Both the position numbers and the translations under genes were made by a program. A DNA stretch of 39,788 bases. It comes from a virus. Below the pieces are notes generated by a model. The model had not been told where the DNA came from. It worked only from the letters and a program-made list of their open reading frames with translations, and did not search any database. Positions 24,393 through 33,033 of the stretch are shown here, in pieces (the stretch's first letter is position 1; every line of letters begins with the position of its first letter). The stretch is taken from the IMG/VR virus record IMGVR_UViG_3300032431_000022; one strand, 5' to 3'.

Positions 24393-24592
24393 TCGCTACC
24401 ACCAGCGGCCATAATCTTTAGCACAGCGCCGTTGGCGAGCGTCACACGATCGCGAATTGTACCACCAGAAGACCCAGGACCGCGTACAGGTAGCAGCCGA
24501 CGCAATCTAGGCGATGCGTCCAGCACTGGTCGGATGTCGGCCTCCCATTTATCAGCAGCCATCTCGTCGTTTTTGTCGGAGTGGGAATTCAT
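24389..24592 (-). pseudogene. Chimeric 67-codon ORF: copy of the terS first codons fused to a copy of terL codons about 115-173
   Basis: MNSHSDKNDE (compare terS MTSHSDKNEE) followed by MAADKWEADIRPVLDASPRLRRLLPVRGPGSSGGTIRDRVTLANGAVLKIMAAGGS. The stop overlaps the terS ATG (ATGA). Confidence 0.6.
24393..24569. repeat. Second copy of the terL segment, bracketed by 28-bp direct repeats (24367-24394 and 24567-24594)
   Basis: Read directly. The bracketing repeats are exactly 200 bp apart and differ at 2 positions. Confidence 0.95.
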
Positions 24593-25017
24593 TCATTCGG
24601 TTCGCTTGGTGGTTGCTCTGGCTTCTTGATCGCGGGCCGAGCAAATTGATGTCGGTCTTGTTCGTCGAGTAACTTTTTGTTGGCTCGTTCTGGGTCGATC
24701 TGTGTCCACGATCGTCTGTAATGCGTTGCTGTGACGACTCGATTGATACCGCTTTCATTCCATCGCGTAATGTACAGCCCATCTCTGTATCGCTTTGCAG
24801 GCCTACGGCCAGCGTTGCCATCGTCGTCTGAAATGATCCACGCACGAACATGGTAACGCGACTGGTCCGGTGCCCACTCGTAGAAGATCACTTGATCGAA
24901 AACGTGTCTGCCGGTGCAGTCGTGGAAGCTATTGAGTTCAACTAAGTCGCAGTGGTCGGAGCAACTGTTCGGCAATTCCGAACAGCTCAACGTCATTAAG
25001 AGTAGTAGAAGAACCAT
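24589..25017 (-). CDS. Secreted protein or lipoprotein (142 aa)
   Basis: MVLLLLLMTLSCSE is a signal peptide with a lipobox-like LSC. Confidence 0.55.
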   Translation of the reverse strand: MVLLLLLMTLSCSELPNSCSDHCDLVELNSFHDCTGRHVFDQVIFYEWAPDQSRYHVRAWIISDDDGNAGRRPAKRYRDGLYITRWNESGINRVVTATHYRRSWTQIDPERANKKLLDEQDRHQFARPAIKKPEQPPSEPNE

Positions 25018-25029
25018 AGGCTCGGCATC

Positions 25030-25338
25030 CTATTCGGTCTCGTATCCAGAAACCTTGACCAGCTTTTCCTTGACGGACTCTTTTAGTTCCGCTCGTTTTT
25101 GATCGGCAAATAGTTTCTTGATGATCGCGAGTTCTTTCTCGTCGAGGCCATCGCTGAAATCGACGTCGCGAACAATCTCGCTTGCACTCGCGATAATGTT
25201 CGCACTTCGCTTGTTACGCTGAAGCACAACGAATCCGACCAACGCGGCAAGCATCAATCCGCCGAGCACAAAGAGCATCAGGCCCGCCAAGCCAACCAGG
25301 GTAATGACATTACTGGAAATACCGTTGAGCAAAAACAT
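25030..25338 (-). CDS. Membrane protein (102 aa), holin-like topology
   Basis: Two N-terminal hydrophobic segments and a charged C-terminus. Confidence 0.5.
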   Translation of the reverse strand: MFLLNGISSNVITLVGLAGLMLFVLGGLMLAALVGFVVLQRNKRSANIIASASEIVRDVDFSDGLDEKELAIIKKLFADQKRAELKESVKEKLVKVSGYETE

Positions 25339-25347
25339 AGTTCAAAC

Positions 25348-25980
25348 CTAGTTCATGAATCGATTGAGAAGCAACACGACACCGAGGGCAATCAGCCCGA
25401 ATATTAAAACAAACCCTAACGCAACCGCGACGCCGACGATGATCATCACCCAGGAAATCGTGTCGGAAAACCAGCCTTCTAACGGGTGCTTGGGCTTTGC
25501 AAAATCAAATGGATTCAGATTCCAGCCCGGTGCGTCGAGTTGGTTTGGCAGCGGACAATCACCGCCAGGACAATCCTCTGTAGACAACTGTTTTGCTGCA
25601 GCGTCGGCTACCTTTGCTTGTTCGTACGCATACTTGATCGCTAAAAAAATTGCATCACTCGAATAAGGCATCGTCGTCATGTCGGATGCCCAGATAACAC
25701 CGCCGCCCGGTCGCTGCAAAAGCACCATCGGAGTGACGCCACTGATCGACGAGGCGTATCGCAATTTATAAAGCGGGTCGCTCAGGCGTAACGGCGTGTA
25801 AAGGCTGTTGTTTCGAATCGTTCGCAGGCCGTCGTGCTGCGCAAACGCTTGCTCAAGCACGTTGCCAGGCTCGCCAATAATGACAAGCTCAGGCCGCTGC
25901 GAATCGTCGGCTGGCTTGTTTGCACTTGCAACCGGACAAAACAGACCGAGGCTAAGAATTACCAACAAAACTAATCGCAT
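25348..25980 (-). CDS. Secreted, C-terminally membrane-anchored protein (210 aa)
   Basis: Start at MRLVLLVILSLGLFCPVASA (signal peptide). C-terminal TM WVMIIVGVAVALGFVLIFGLIALGVVLLL. Confidence 0.55.
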   Translation of the reverse strand: MRLVLLVILSLGLFCPVASANKPADDSQRPELVIIGEPGNVLEQAFAQHDGLRTIRNNSLYTPLRLSDPLYKLRYASSISGVTPMVLLQRPGGGVIWASDMTTMPYSSDAIFLAIKYAYEQAKVADAAAKQLSTEDCPGGDCPLPNQLDAPGWNLNPFDFAKPKHPLEGWFSDTISWVMIIVGVAVALGFVLIFGLIALGVVLLLNRFMN

Positions 25981-26582
25981 CACTTCACCTTGCTGAAAAT
26001 ATCGGGGTAGGTAAAAGCACCGCGAAGCTTGCACGTTCCGTCAGGACAATCTGCCGGAACCGGCTTTGATTCTTTTAACGCAACCGTGCCGTCAATCGAG
26101 CTACTGGGGTCAGTCGCTGGATGGTTTGGGTTCACGGGTTGTGGTGCCCTGATTGCGACTGGAGCGACTACCGGTTTCGGCTGTTGCACTCTGTAAACGT
26201 TGCTGTAAAAGTAGGTTGTCTCGGGCGTGGCTAACGTGTATCGATGTGTCGTTGTAGGTGCGGACTGCCGTGTCGCCACTCGCCGGGAAAAGATTCCGCC
26301 GCATTGCTTGGGCTCTTGGGCCGCGCTCATGTCGACAGGGCCAAATTTCTTTTCGAGTAGTGATTCTTTCGATTCCGGAGATCCAACGCTCGGCCTAAAC
26401 GGCGTTGAATCCGGCTGCAACAACCAAGGCCTCGTCGGAGCGGTCACGCTTGCAGGTTTAGGTTGCGACTCAATGATCGACGTTGTAATCAGCAACAGCC
26501 CAAAGCCAAACGCGATTGCTGAAACTAACGCAACCAGACCGGCGGAAAAAGAGATTACGATTGTCTTTGTTTCGTTTGTCAT
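25980..26582 (-). CDS. N-terminally anchored Pro-rich protein (200 aa)
   Basis: Start at MTNETKT. TM segment VISFSAGLVALVSAIAFGFGLLLI. Confidence 0.5.
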   Translation of the reverse strand: MTNETKTIVISFSAGLVALVSAIAFGFGLLLITTSIIESQPKPASVTAPTRPWLLQPDSTPFRPSVGSPESKESLLEKKFGPVDMSAAQEPKQCGGIFSRRVATRQSAPTTTHRYTLATPETTYFYSNVYRVQQPKPVVAPVAIRAPQPVNPNHPATDPSSSIDGTVALKESKPVPADCPDGTCKLRGAFTYPDIFSKVK

Positions 26583-26584
26583 GA

Positions 26585-27220
26585 TTAGTTTGCTACCGTC
26601 CGGTAGCCCTCGAATGGTAGACGCGGAGCGGGTGGAAGCATGGCAGTACAAGCGAATCCGCCGTACCCTCGCCACGCTGTAAGAAATTGTTGCTTGGGGA
26701 TCCTGATAAACTTTTCAACGCGATTGTTGTCGCAGAGTAAAGCGAAGTCTTGCCCATCGATCCTAGAGAAACCGCAGAAATTTACGCAGTGAGAATCGAA
26801 GTACCAGATGATCGCACCGCGACGCGTTGTCGATGCCCACTCCAAAAACGATGGATCTCCATAAGCCGCTGATGCGGATCGATCATAGGATCTATCGCCA
26901 GTGAAAACAAAAGGGATCTTTGCTTCTGTCCATTTCTTTTTTATTCCCGTGTCGGTCTGACCACCGGCATAAGATTTGCGGAAGTAGTCTGCAATCTGCG
27001 GCTGCCCCATCCAGCGAAAGTGATAGACACTCGATGCGATTACACAACTACCTGCCCCACGGCTATCGACCCAGTTCTTTTGTCGCAATTGCAGCGGCAG
27101 ATTCGACGGAGGAAGCTCCGGCGGTCGATCCGCTAAACGTATCAAACGATCATCCTGGACGCAGCCAGCGGCCAACGACAGGACGAAAACGCCAACGATG
27201 GTTAAGGTTTGCTTGGTCAT
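26585..27220 (-). CDS. Lipoprotein with a papain-fold cysteine-peptidase-like domain (211 aa)
   Basis: Lipobox LSLAAGC. GAGSCVIASS and a later DSHCVNF suggest a Cys/His catalytic pair. Not verified. Confidence 0.4.
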   Translation of the reverse strand: MTKQTLTIVGVFVLSLAAGCVQDDRLIRLADRPPELPPSNLPLQLRQKNWVDSRGAGSCVIASSVYHFRWMGQPQIADYFRKSYAGGQTDTGIKKKWTEAKIPFVFTGDRSYDRSASAAYGDPSFLEWASTTRRGAIIWYFDSHCVNFCGFSRIDGQDFALLCDNNRVEKFIRIPKQQFLTAWRGYGGFACTAMLPPAPRLPFEGYRTVAN

Positions 27221-27235
27221 GCCAACAACCTTAGA

Positions 27236-27697
27236 CTACTCGTCGACGGTGTTTCGTTTTGCGGCGATCTCATCACGCGCAGCACAGGCAACGCATGGCT
27301 TTACCGTGATCCTTTGCTGGCAACGCTCGCAAAACACGGCACGGTGAAACGCGATCGGTGTGAAGTCTATCTCCGGCTCGGAACTATCGGAGGGCCACTC
27401 TTGCGGCTCGTCAGACTTCGCGTCTTCGGTTGCAATTCTCTTGGCAATTCGCAGTATCGCCAACCTTCCACGGTCATACTTTTTGCCGATCTGCGAGTAG
27501 TTTAACTCGCCCGATCTGATCAATTGCTCGATCTCTTTCAACTGCGTTTCTCGCAGGTTTTGTCGTTGGCCCAACATGCCCATACTTACCATCCTTCGGT
27601 ACACGACATAGTAGTTGCACGTCATCTTTCGAGCGATTGCTTTACACGGCAACCCCTCGACAACAGCGAGCCTTCTGACAGTTTCGAAGCGATCCAT
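27236..27697 (-). CDS. HTH plus zinc-ribbon DNA-binding protein (153 aa), late-regulator candidate
   Basis: Two HTH-like segments (GLPCKAIARKM, LNYSQIGKKY) and CERCQQ...CVAC. Flanked by divergent copies of the late motif. Confidence 0.5.
   Translation of the reverse strand: MDRFETVRRLAVVEGLPCKAIARKMTCNYYVVYRRMVSMGMLGQRQNLRETQLKEIEQLIRSGELNYSQIGKKYDRGRLAILRIAKRIATEDAKSDEPQEWPSDSSEPEIDFTPIAFHRAVFCERCQQRITVKPCVACAARDEIAAKRNTVDE
27248..27264 (-). promoter_or_regulatory. Late-motif copy 4 (minus strand), ccgcaaaacgaaacacc
   Basis: Exact 15-nt core cgcaaaacgaaacac, starting 43 nt upstream of ATG 27220. Confidence 0.55.
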
Positions 27698-27772
27698 TCA
27701 AAGCCCTCCAGGTTGACTAATGTTGGACACTTACGAATTGTATTTCACGAATTGAAATAGCTCAATAGTCAC

Positions 27773-27787
27773 CGCAAAACGAAACAC
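27773..27787 (+). promoter_or_regulatory. Late-motif copy 1, cgcaaaacgaaacac
   Basis: Starts 42 nt upstream of ATG 27815. Its downstream leader is shared with copy 4. Confidence 0.55.
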
Positions 27788-27814
27788 ATCCGACGACCTA
27801 ATAAGGTTGATTGC

Positions 27815-28084
27815 ATGTCACTCGTTACGGATTTTAAGAAGGCGATCGCCAACGCAACCAAGGCCGCAGCGTCCCAGGACTACGCGACCGCGATCGTTCA
27901 CGCCCGCGCCGCTCGCATCGCATTGATGGGAATCCCTAACAGCGAACTAGCCCAAGAAAAGATTGAGTTTAATCGCGACGACCTCGACAGCCTGATGAAC
28001 GATCTACGTCAGGCCGCAAGCGAGCAGCAAGCCACCAATACCGGGTTGATCCAAGAGACTCCAATCTACTACACCCGCCACTAG
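27815..28084 (+). CDS. gpW-like head-tail joining protein candidate (89 aa)
   Basis: Small helical protein immediately before a lambda-family portal, as in lambda. Loose similarity only. Confidence 0.4.
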   Translation: MSLVTDFKKAIANATKAAASQDYATAIVHARAARIALMGIPNSELAQEKIEFNRDDLDSLMNDLRQAASEQQATNTGLIQETPIYYTRH

Positions 28085-28098
28085 GACGACCTGCACAC

Positions 28099-29607
28099 AT
28101 GCTAAACAACGATCCAATCTTTGTTGGCGGGTGGTCTGGTAGTTCGCCCGGCGTACCCGCGATTCCCGACCATGCCAGCGACCGCACGACCGAGCGTCGC
28201 TGGGAATCTGCCGAGACGTCTCGTTTAAATTCCGCACATTGGCAATCGGTGCAAGTCACATCCGACATCAACGACGATCTCGAAGAAGACCTACAAACGC
28301 TCCAACGTCGCAGTCGATACGAAGCGCAGAACAACTCGCTTATTGAAGGCGCTATCGAAACGCACGCGACCGACATCGGAGGCGACAACGGCCCATCGCT
28401 TCAGGTCCGAACCGCCGATCCGAAGTTTAACGAGACCATCGAAACCCTTTGGGCCGACTGGTGCCAGAAATGCGAATACCAGCACGGTCTAGCCATGGTC
28501 GATCTCATCCATGGCTGGGTCGGCCAACTCTGGTATACCGGCGAATTTCTTTGCCAAGATATTATCGGCAACTATGCAATGGACTATCGGCTCCTGGACA
28601 TCGGAGCCGATCGTCTCGACTTTACGTCGCGTATGCGAGGCAATGTCGTCATGGGCATCGAAGTCAATAAGACCGGCCAACCAATCGCGTATCACATCAA
28701 AGAAGATGAATACTCAGGCCGTTACAAATCCGTCGCCTCGTCCCTGATCCATCACGGATTTCGCAGGCGTTTTGCTGGTCAATTGCGAGGAATCCCCATC
28801 CTAGCCGGCGGCTTGCAGCCCATCGCCGACCTACGCGATTACGAGACCCAGGTCATGGACGCCGCACGGTCCGCAGCCGACGGAGCAACTTGGCTGGTCA
28901 CCGATCACCCAGACGCCAAATTCGTACCGCTCAAGCCCACCGATACGTGGGTCAACCTGCGTCGCACTGCCCGAGCTGCTGCGCCCGGCTGGAAACCAAT
29001 CAGCGTCGCCGCAACCCAACCAGCCGCCACACATCGCAATTTCAAGGAGGACAAAGAGCGAGACATTGGACTCCCTGCCGAGATGCCTTTGATGATCCTG
29101 CGTCACGACAGCAGCAAGCACAATCTGTCATCCGCACGATATGACGGTGTCCGTTACTCGCGATCCATCACACGTATCCAGTCCTGGTTCAACCGTCGCA
29201 TCCTCGACGGAGCACTCAATCGATTGATCGCACTTTCGCGACTCGATGGGACGCTACGCATCGACAGCCCCAGCCATCTTAATATCCGGTGGTCATGGCC
29301 TAAGCCACCAAGCAACGATCCGTTTAAGGAGGCGATGGCCTCGCGCATCCGGCTCGAGAACGGAACGACATCACTTAGCGAAGAGATTGCATCCACCGGT
29401 GGACGTCCTGATCAAGTCCTCGACCAGCGTCAACGCGACAACGAGACACTCGCCGACATGGGTCTCCCGGTCATCCTCGGTGCTGTGCCCAGCAGTGTAG
29501 AGGACCATCTTTTACTACTCAACGATAACCAAGACACGATCGACGCGGCGATTGGCAACCAACCCCAAGAGGAGGTCGACGACGATGCCACGCAAGAACC
29601 AATATAG
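28099..29607 (+). CDS. Portal protein, lambda (gpB) family (502 aa)
   Basis: RRSRYEAQNNSLIEGAIETHATDIGG and C-terminal HNLSSARYDGV..., like lambda gpB NNGYA.. and SYSTARAS. Size and position fit. Confidence 0.8.
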   Translation: MLNNDPIFVGGWSGSSPGVPAIPDHASDRTTERRWESAETSRLNSAHWQSVQVTSDINDDLEEDLQTLQRRSRYEAQNNSLIEGAIETHATDIGGDNGPSLQVRTADPKFNETIETLWADWCQKCEYQHGLAMVDLIHGWVGQLWYTGEFLCQDIIGNYAMDYRLLDIGADRLDFTSRMRGNVVMGIEVNKTGQPIAYHIKEDEYSGRYKSVASSLIHHGFRRRFAGQLRGIPILAGGLQPIADLRDYETQVMDAARSAADGATWLVTDHPDAKFVPLKPTDTWVNLRRTARAAAPGWKPISVAATQPAATHRNFKEDKERDIGLPAEMPLMILRHDSSKHNLSSARYDGVRYSRSITRIQSWFNRRILDGALNRLIALSRLDGTLRIDSPSHLNIRWSWPKPPSNDPFKEAMASRIRLENGTTSLSEEIASTGGRPDQVLDQRQRDNETLADMGLPVILGAVPSSVEDHLLLLNDNQDTIDAAIGNQPQEEVDDDATQEPI

Positions 29608-32059
29608 TTTCCGTCGGTTACAGCAAAAGCGATCCCGAACCGAAGCTCGTCAAGAGTTGCGATCGTCCGTTCGTACCGCAACCGCCGACGCTCCCGCCAC
29701 TCGCTCCGGCGTCCACCAATCGCGTCGCATGGCAATGCAGCGAGTATCGATCACGCCTCGCTCGATCGATCTCGAATCGCGATCCGTCGTCGCTGTGATC
29801 AGCACTCCCACACCCGTTCGCATCTACGATCGCTACTCAGACAAGATCGTCGACGAAGTGCTGCTTTCTCGTGGATTCCGCTCGCAAAAGCCCACGCTTC
29901 GGATGCTTAACAACCACGACGATTATTCCCTGACGTCTGTCCTGGGGACCGTCAGCGAGATCACCCCGACAGATACCGAAGTAACTGCCAAGCTCACGTT
30001 TTCCGCAGCCGAGGATGTCAATCCGATCTTCACCCGCGTCGCCGAGGGGCACGTCAACGAGGTCTCCGTCCGGGCCGTTTATCTCGAAAAGGACTTCGTG
30101 GAAATCGAGCCCGGTAAGACGCGATCAATCAACGGCGTTACCTATACCGCCGCCGACGTTACCAAGCGAATCGTCAAGCGATGGACAGGCAAAGAGGTCT
30201 CCGTTGTCATCGAAGGTGCCGACGCAAACGCCAGTATTCGATCAAAAGAAAAAACGCAAAACGAAACACCAAAAAAAGGTGATGAAGATAGTCAACTTAA
30301 TCGCTCGCGGCGAACCATCCCCAACACTGGAGCAGAGACTCAGATGCTAAACCGTCGCGCTTTAAAATACCTTTCGCAACGTGGACTCAACCCATCCGCC
30401 AACACAGCGACCGTCGAGACATTCGTCAATCGATTAAGTCCCCTCGAGCAACGTCGCCTCGTACAGCGTGATAGTTCCGCATCCACTCTGCTCGTCCAGT
30501 CCACTACCCACACGACAGCCCGACAGGCTTCCGCGAGCACTGCCGGTGCTGGAGTTGGAGCCGCCCCCATTGATGCCTCCACCGCATCAAATGGAACGGC
30601 TACCGAACCACGATCGACCGTTCGCAGCGAAGCCGAAATCGCCTCGCAAGAACGCAATCGCATCCGATCCATTCGCCAGCTCGCAACCGGTGACGTCCCT
30701 GAAAAGGTCGTCGAAGCTGCAATCGAAAACGGTCTTTCCGCCGAGCAGGCCGGAGCTAGTTTCTACGAAGCTCTGCGAGTTAAATCGCAATCGTCGATCC
30801 CTGGTGGCAACGTAGGCCGAACCGGAATCCAAGTCAAACGCGGAGCAACTATCGAAGCCCTCCAGGGTGCGATGTTGCTCAAGCACGGCCACAAACTCGA
30901 CGACAAGATTTTCCAAGGTGAATCCGGTCAATCGATGCTTGAAACCGACGCACGATGGTTGACCCGTGCTGCTCGTCACCTGGACAACGACCAAGCGATC
31001 AAGGACGAGGACAGCGCGGTCATGGACGACTCGCACAAGTACGCACGACGATCGACTGTCGACGTCATGAGATTCGCACTCAAGGCCGCCGGACGACGCG
31101 TCCCAAGCGACAACCGCGAAGTTATCAGAAACGCCATGTCCAGCAGCATTCTCCCGCGAGTCTTTGGCCCGCTGATCAATGCTCAGGTTTTGCGTGGTTT
31201 CGAGGAGACCCCCGACTCCACAATTGGCTGGGTGCCACGCAAAGACGTTGTCGATTTGCGCGCCACCGAAATGATCATGATCGAGTTTGCTAACTCGCTC
31301 GATGAAATCACACCAGGCGTCGAGGTCAACGATCTCGAACTCGTCGAAAGCGGCGACAGTGTTCGCGTTCGACCATTCGGAAAACGATTTATCCTCGACG
31401 AAGATATGGCCCTTATGGACCAAGTTGGAATCGAATTGATCGCCCCGCTCAAGATGGGACAGATGGCTCGCTCGATGGCTCCTGATTTGGTATACGCGAC
31501 CTTGCTCGCAAACCCAAACATGGCCGACGCTGCTGCACTGTTTAACACTGCCGGAACGCGTAACAACGCACTAACCGGAACCGCCTTTGGGCAAGCCCAG
31601 CTCGCGGTGATGGAAGCCCTCATGGCCAACCAAACACTGACCAACAGTGATGGATCCGTGCGAGCCTTGAACCTGACTGCCCAGTACGTGATCGTTGGCC
31701 GTAACAACCGTTACCTAGCCAAGCAAATCACTGGCTCGGCAACGGTCACCAGTGCCACTGGCGACATGAACCCATACGCAGGTGAGTACATCGTCCGCAG
31801 TGACGCTCGTATCAACACAGGCGTCCGAAACCCAGTCACCCGCGCCGTGGTTGCTGGATCCAGTACGACAACCTTCCTCGCAGCCGCTGGTGGCGAACAT
31901 GGGTTATGTATCGGACAGCTCGCCGGAACCGGTGGAGCACCGCAAGTTCGATCCATGCCGCTAAGTATCCCAGGTCGCTGGGGCTACGGATGGGACATCA
32001 AGCACTACATCGGTATCGGCCTAGCCGGATTCCGAGGACTCGTTCGCAACGTAACGTAA
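29585..32059 (+). CDS. Prohead protease / scaffold-linker / major capsid protein fusion (824 aa from ATG 29585)
   Basis: The N-terminus has an HK97-type prohead protease pattern (LRMLNNHDDYS..LGTV). The linker is low complexity. The C-terminal approximately 400 aa are capsid-like. GGAGG lies upstream of ATG 29585. Confidence 0.7.
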   Translation: MPRKNQYSFRRLQQKRSRTEARQELRSSVRTATADAPATRSGVHQSRRMAMQRVSITPRSIDLESRSVVAVISTPTPVRIYDRYSDKIVDEVLLSRGFRSQKPTLRMLNNHDDYSLTSVLGTVSEITPTDTEVTAKLTFSAAEDVNPIFTRVAEGHVNEVSVRAVYLEKDFVEIEPGKTRSINGVTYTAADVTKRIVKRWTGKEVSVVIEGADANASIRSKEKTQNETPKKGDEDSQLNRSRRTIPNTGAETQMLNRRALKYLSQRGLNPSANTATVETFVNRLSPLEQRRLVQRDSSASTLLVQSTTHTTARQASASTAGAGVGAAPIDASTASNGTATEPRSTVRSEAEIASQERNRIRSIRQLATGDVPEKVVEAAIENGLSAEQAGASFYEALRVKSQSSIPGGNVGRTGIQVKRGATIEALQGAMLLKHGHKLDDKIFQGESGQSMLETDARWLTRAARHLDNDQAIKDEDSAVMDDSHKYARRSTVDVMRFALKAAGRRVPSDNREVIRNAMSSSILPRVFGPLINAQVLRGFEETPDSTIGWVPRKDVVDLRATEMIMIEFANSLDEITPGVEVNDLELVESGDSVRVRPFGKRFILDEDMALMDQVGIELIAPLKMGQMARSMAPDLVYATLLANPNMADAAALFNTAGTRNNALTGTAFGQAQLAVMEALMANQTLTNSDGSVRALNLTAQYVIVGRNNRYLAKQITGSATVTSATGDMNPYAGEYIVRSDARINTGVRNPVTRAVVAGSSTTTFLAAAGGEHGLCIGQLAGTGGAPQVRSMPLSIPGRWGYGWDIKHYIGIGLAGFRGLVRNVT
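30255..30269 (+). promoter_or_regulatory. Late-motif copy 2, inside the protease/capsid fusion ORF at the linker
   Basis: aaacgcaaaacgaaacacc is shared over 19 nt with copy 3. Confidence 0.5.
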
Positions 32060-32154
32060 CCCTGACCTGCTAGTTGCTCAACAACCCAGTCGCTCGCGAG
32101 AGCGACAGGGCAAAATAAACCGACCATATAAGCCATCCAGACAAAGAACAAACC

Positions 32155-32511
32155 ATGCGAACAAACATCATTATTCACGACTCGAGTCCCGAGGCTATGG
32201 TTATGGCGGCTGCCGTAGTCCCTGGCGAAATCATTCAAACGCCTGACGGCTTTGCTGCCATTGTTGGCGGTTTCGCAAACGCAGGTATCGGCGATCTAGT
32301 CCCGGTCGAGTTGCACGTTATTGCCGAAGTGCCTGCCGCATCGGGAACGACCCTTGCCGTAGGTGCTCTGGTCCGATGGAACAACACGACCAAGCTAGCG
32401 GTTGGAACCGGTGGCGGTGATTTTTCGCTAGGCTACGCCGTGTTTCCTAAGACTTCGGGGCAACTGGTTGTGCGAACGCGATTCAATTTCAACAAGCTAC
32501 CAACGTCCTAG
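32155..32511 (+). CDS. DUF2190-type head decoration (cement) protein candidate (118 aa)
   Basis: Gly/Ala/Val-rich beta pattern (AVGALVRWNNTT...LGYAV...VRTRF) right after the capsid gene. Confidence 0.5.
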   Translation: MRTNIIIHDSSPEAMVMAAAVVPGEIIQTPDGFAAIVGGFANAGIGDLVPVELHVIAEVPAASGTTLAVGALVRWNNTTKLAVGTGGGDFSLGYAVFPKTSGQLVVRTRFNFNKLPTS

Positions 32512-32546
32512 TCGACCGTCCACACTCCACCTAGGGATCGTCACCC

Positions 32547-33008
32547 ATGCGTTACCAAATCGTCTCCCCACATCGTATCGACAGCAACGGCCTCAGCATC
32601 CCTGCCGGTCAGAGCATCGCTACGATCGAGAGCGATTTCGACGCCAGCCAACTGGAATCACTCATCCAGTACAAACAGGCTAGCATCGTCGGATTCGTCG
32701 TCGTTGCCCCGCCTGTGGAAACATCGACCCCGGTCACCGAAACGCAAGAGCCAACTGTTGTCGTTGCGACCGACACCGCAGAGGATGCCACCACCGATTC
32801 CGCGATCCGTATTACGATTGCCGAATCGGAATTCCCAGGTCTCGAAACACGTCTCGCTCTTGCCATCATCGACTCAGGAATCGAAAGCCCCGAAGCCTTG
32901 CGAGCCAAGATCGATGACGGCTACGACATCATCGACATCGACGGCATCGGCAAGAAGACCAAGCCCAAGGTACTCGAGTGGATCGACAAGATTCTGCCCT
33001 CCTCCTAA
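32547..33008 (+). CDS. Acidic hypothetical head-module protein with a C-terminal HhH-like motif (153 aa)
   Basis: IDIDGIGKKTKPKVLEWI. Confidence 0.45.
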   Translation: MRYQIVSPHRIDSNGLSIPAGQSIATIESDFDASQLESLIQYKQASIVGFVVVAPPVETSTPVTETQEPTVVVATDTAEDATTDSAIRITIAESEFPGLETRLALAIIDSGIESPEALRAKIDDGYDIIDIDGIGKKTKPKVLEWIDKILPSS

Positions 33009-33033
33009 GACTCTCGCGAGAGGCTGGTGAATC

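Noticed and set aside
23274-24569. terL fragment pair as template and variable repeats of a diversity-generating retroelement
   Set aside because: There is no reverse transcriptase in the genome. The seven differences are not adenine-specific on either strand (G/A, T/C, C/T, T/A, C/G, C/T, G/A) and are almost all synonymous, the opposite of DGR mutagenesis.
32089-32106. Small hairpin gtcgctc-gcga-gagcgac after the capsid gene as a terminator
   Set aside because: The stem is only 7 bp with no following T-run. It may modulate transcript stability, but the evidence is too weak to annotate.
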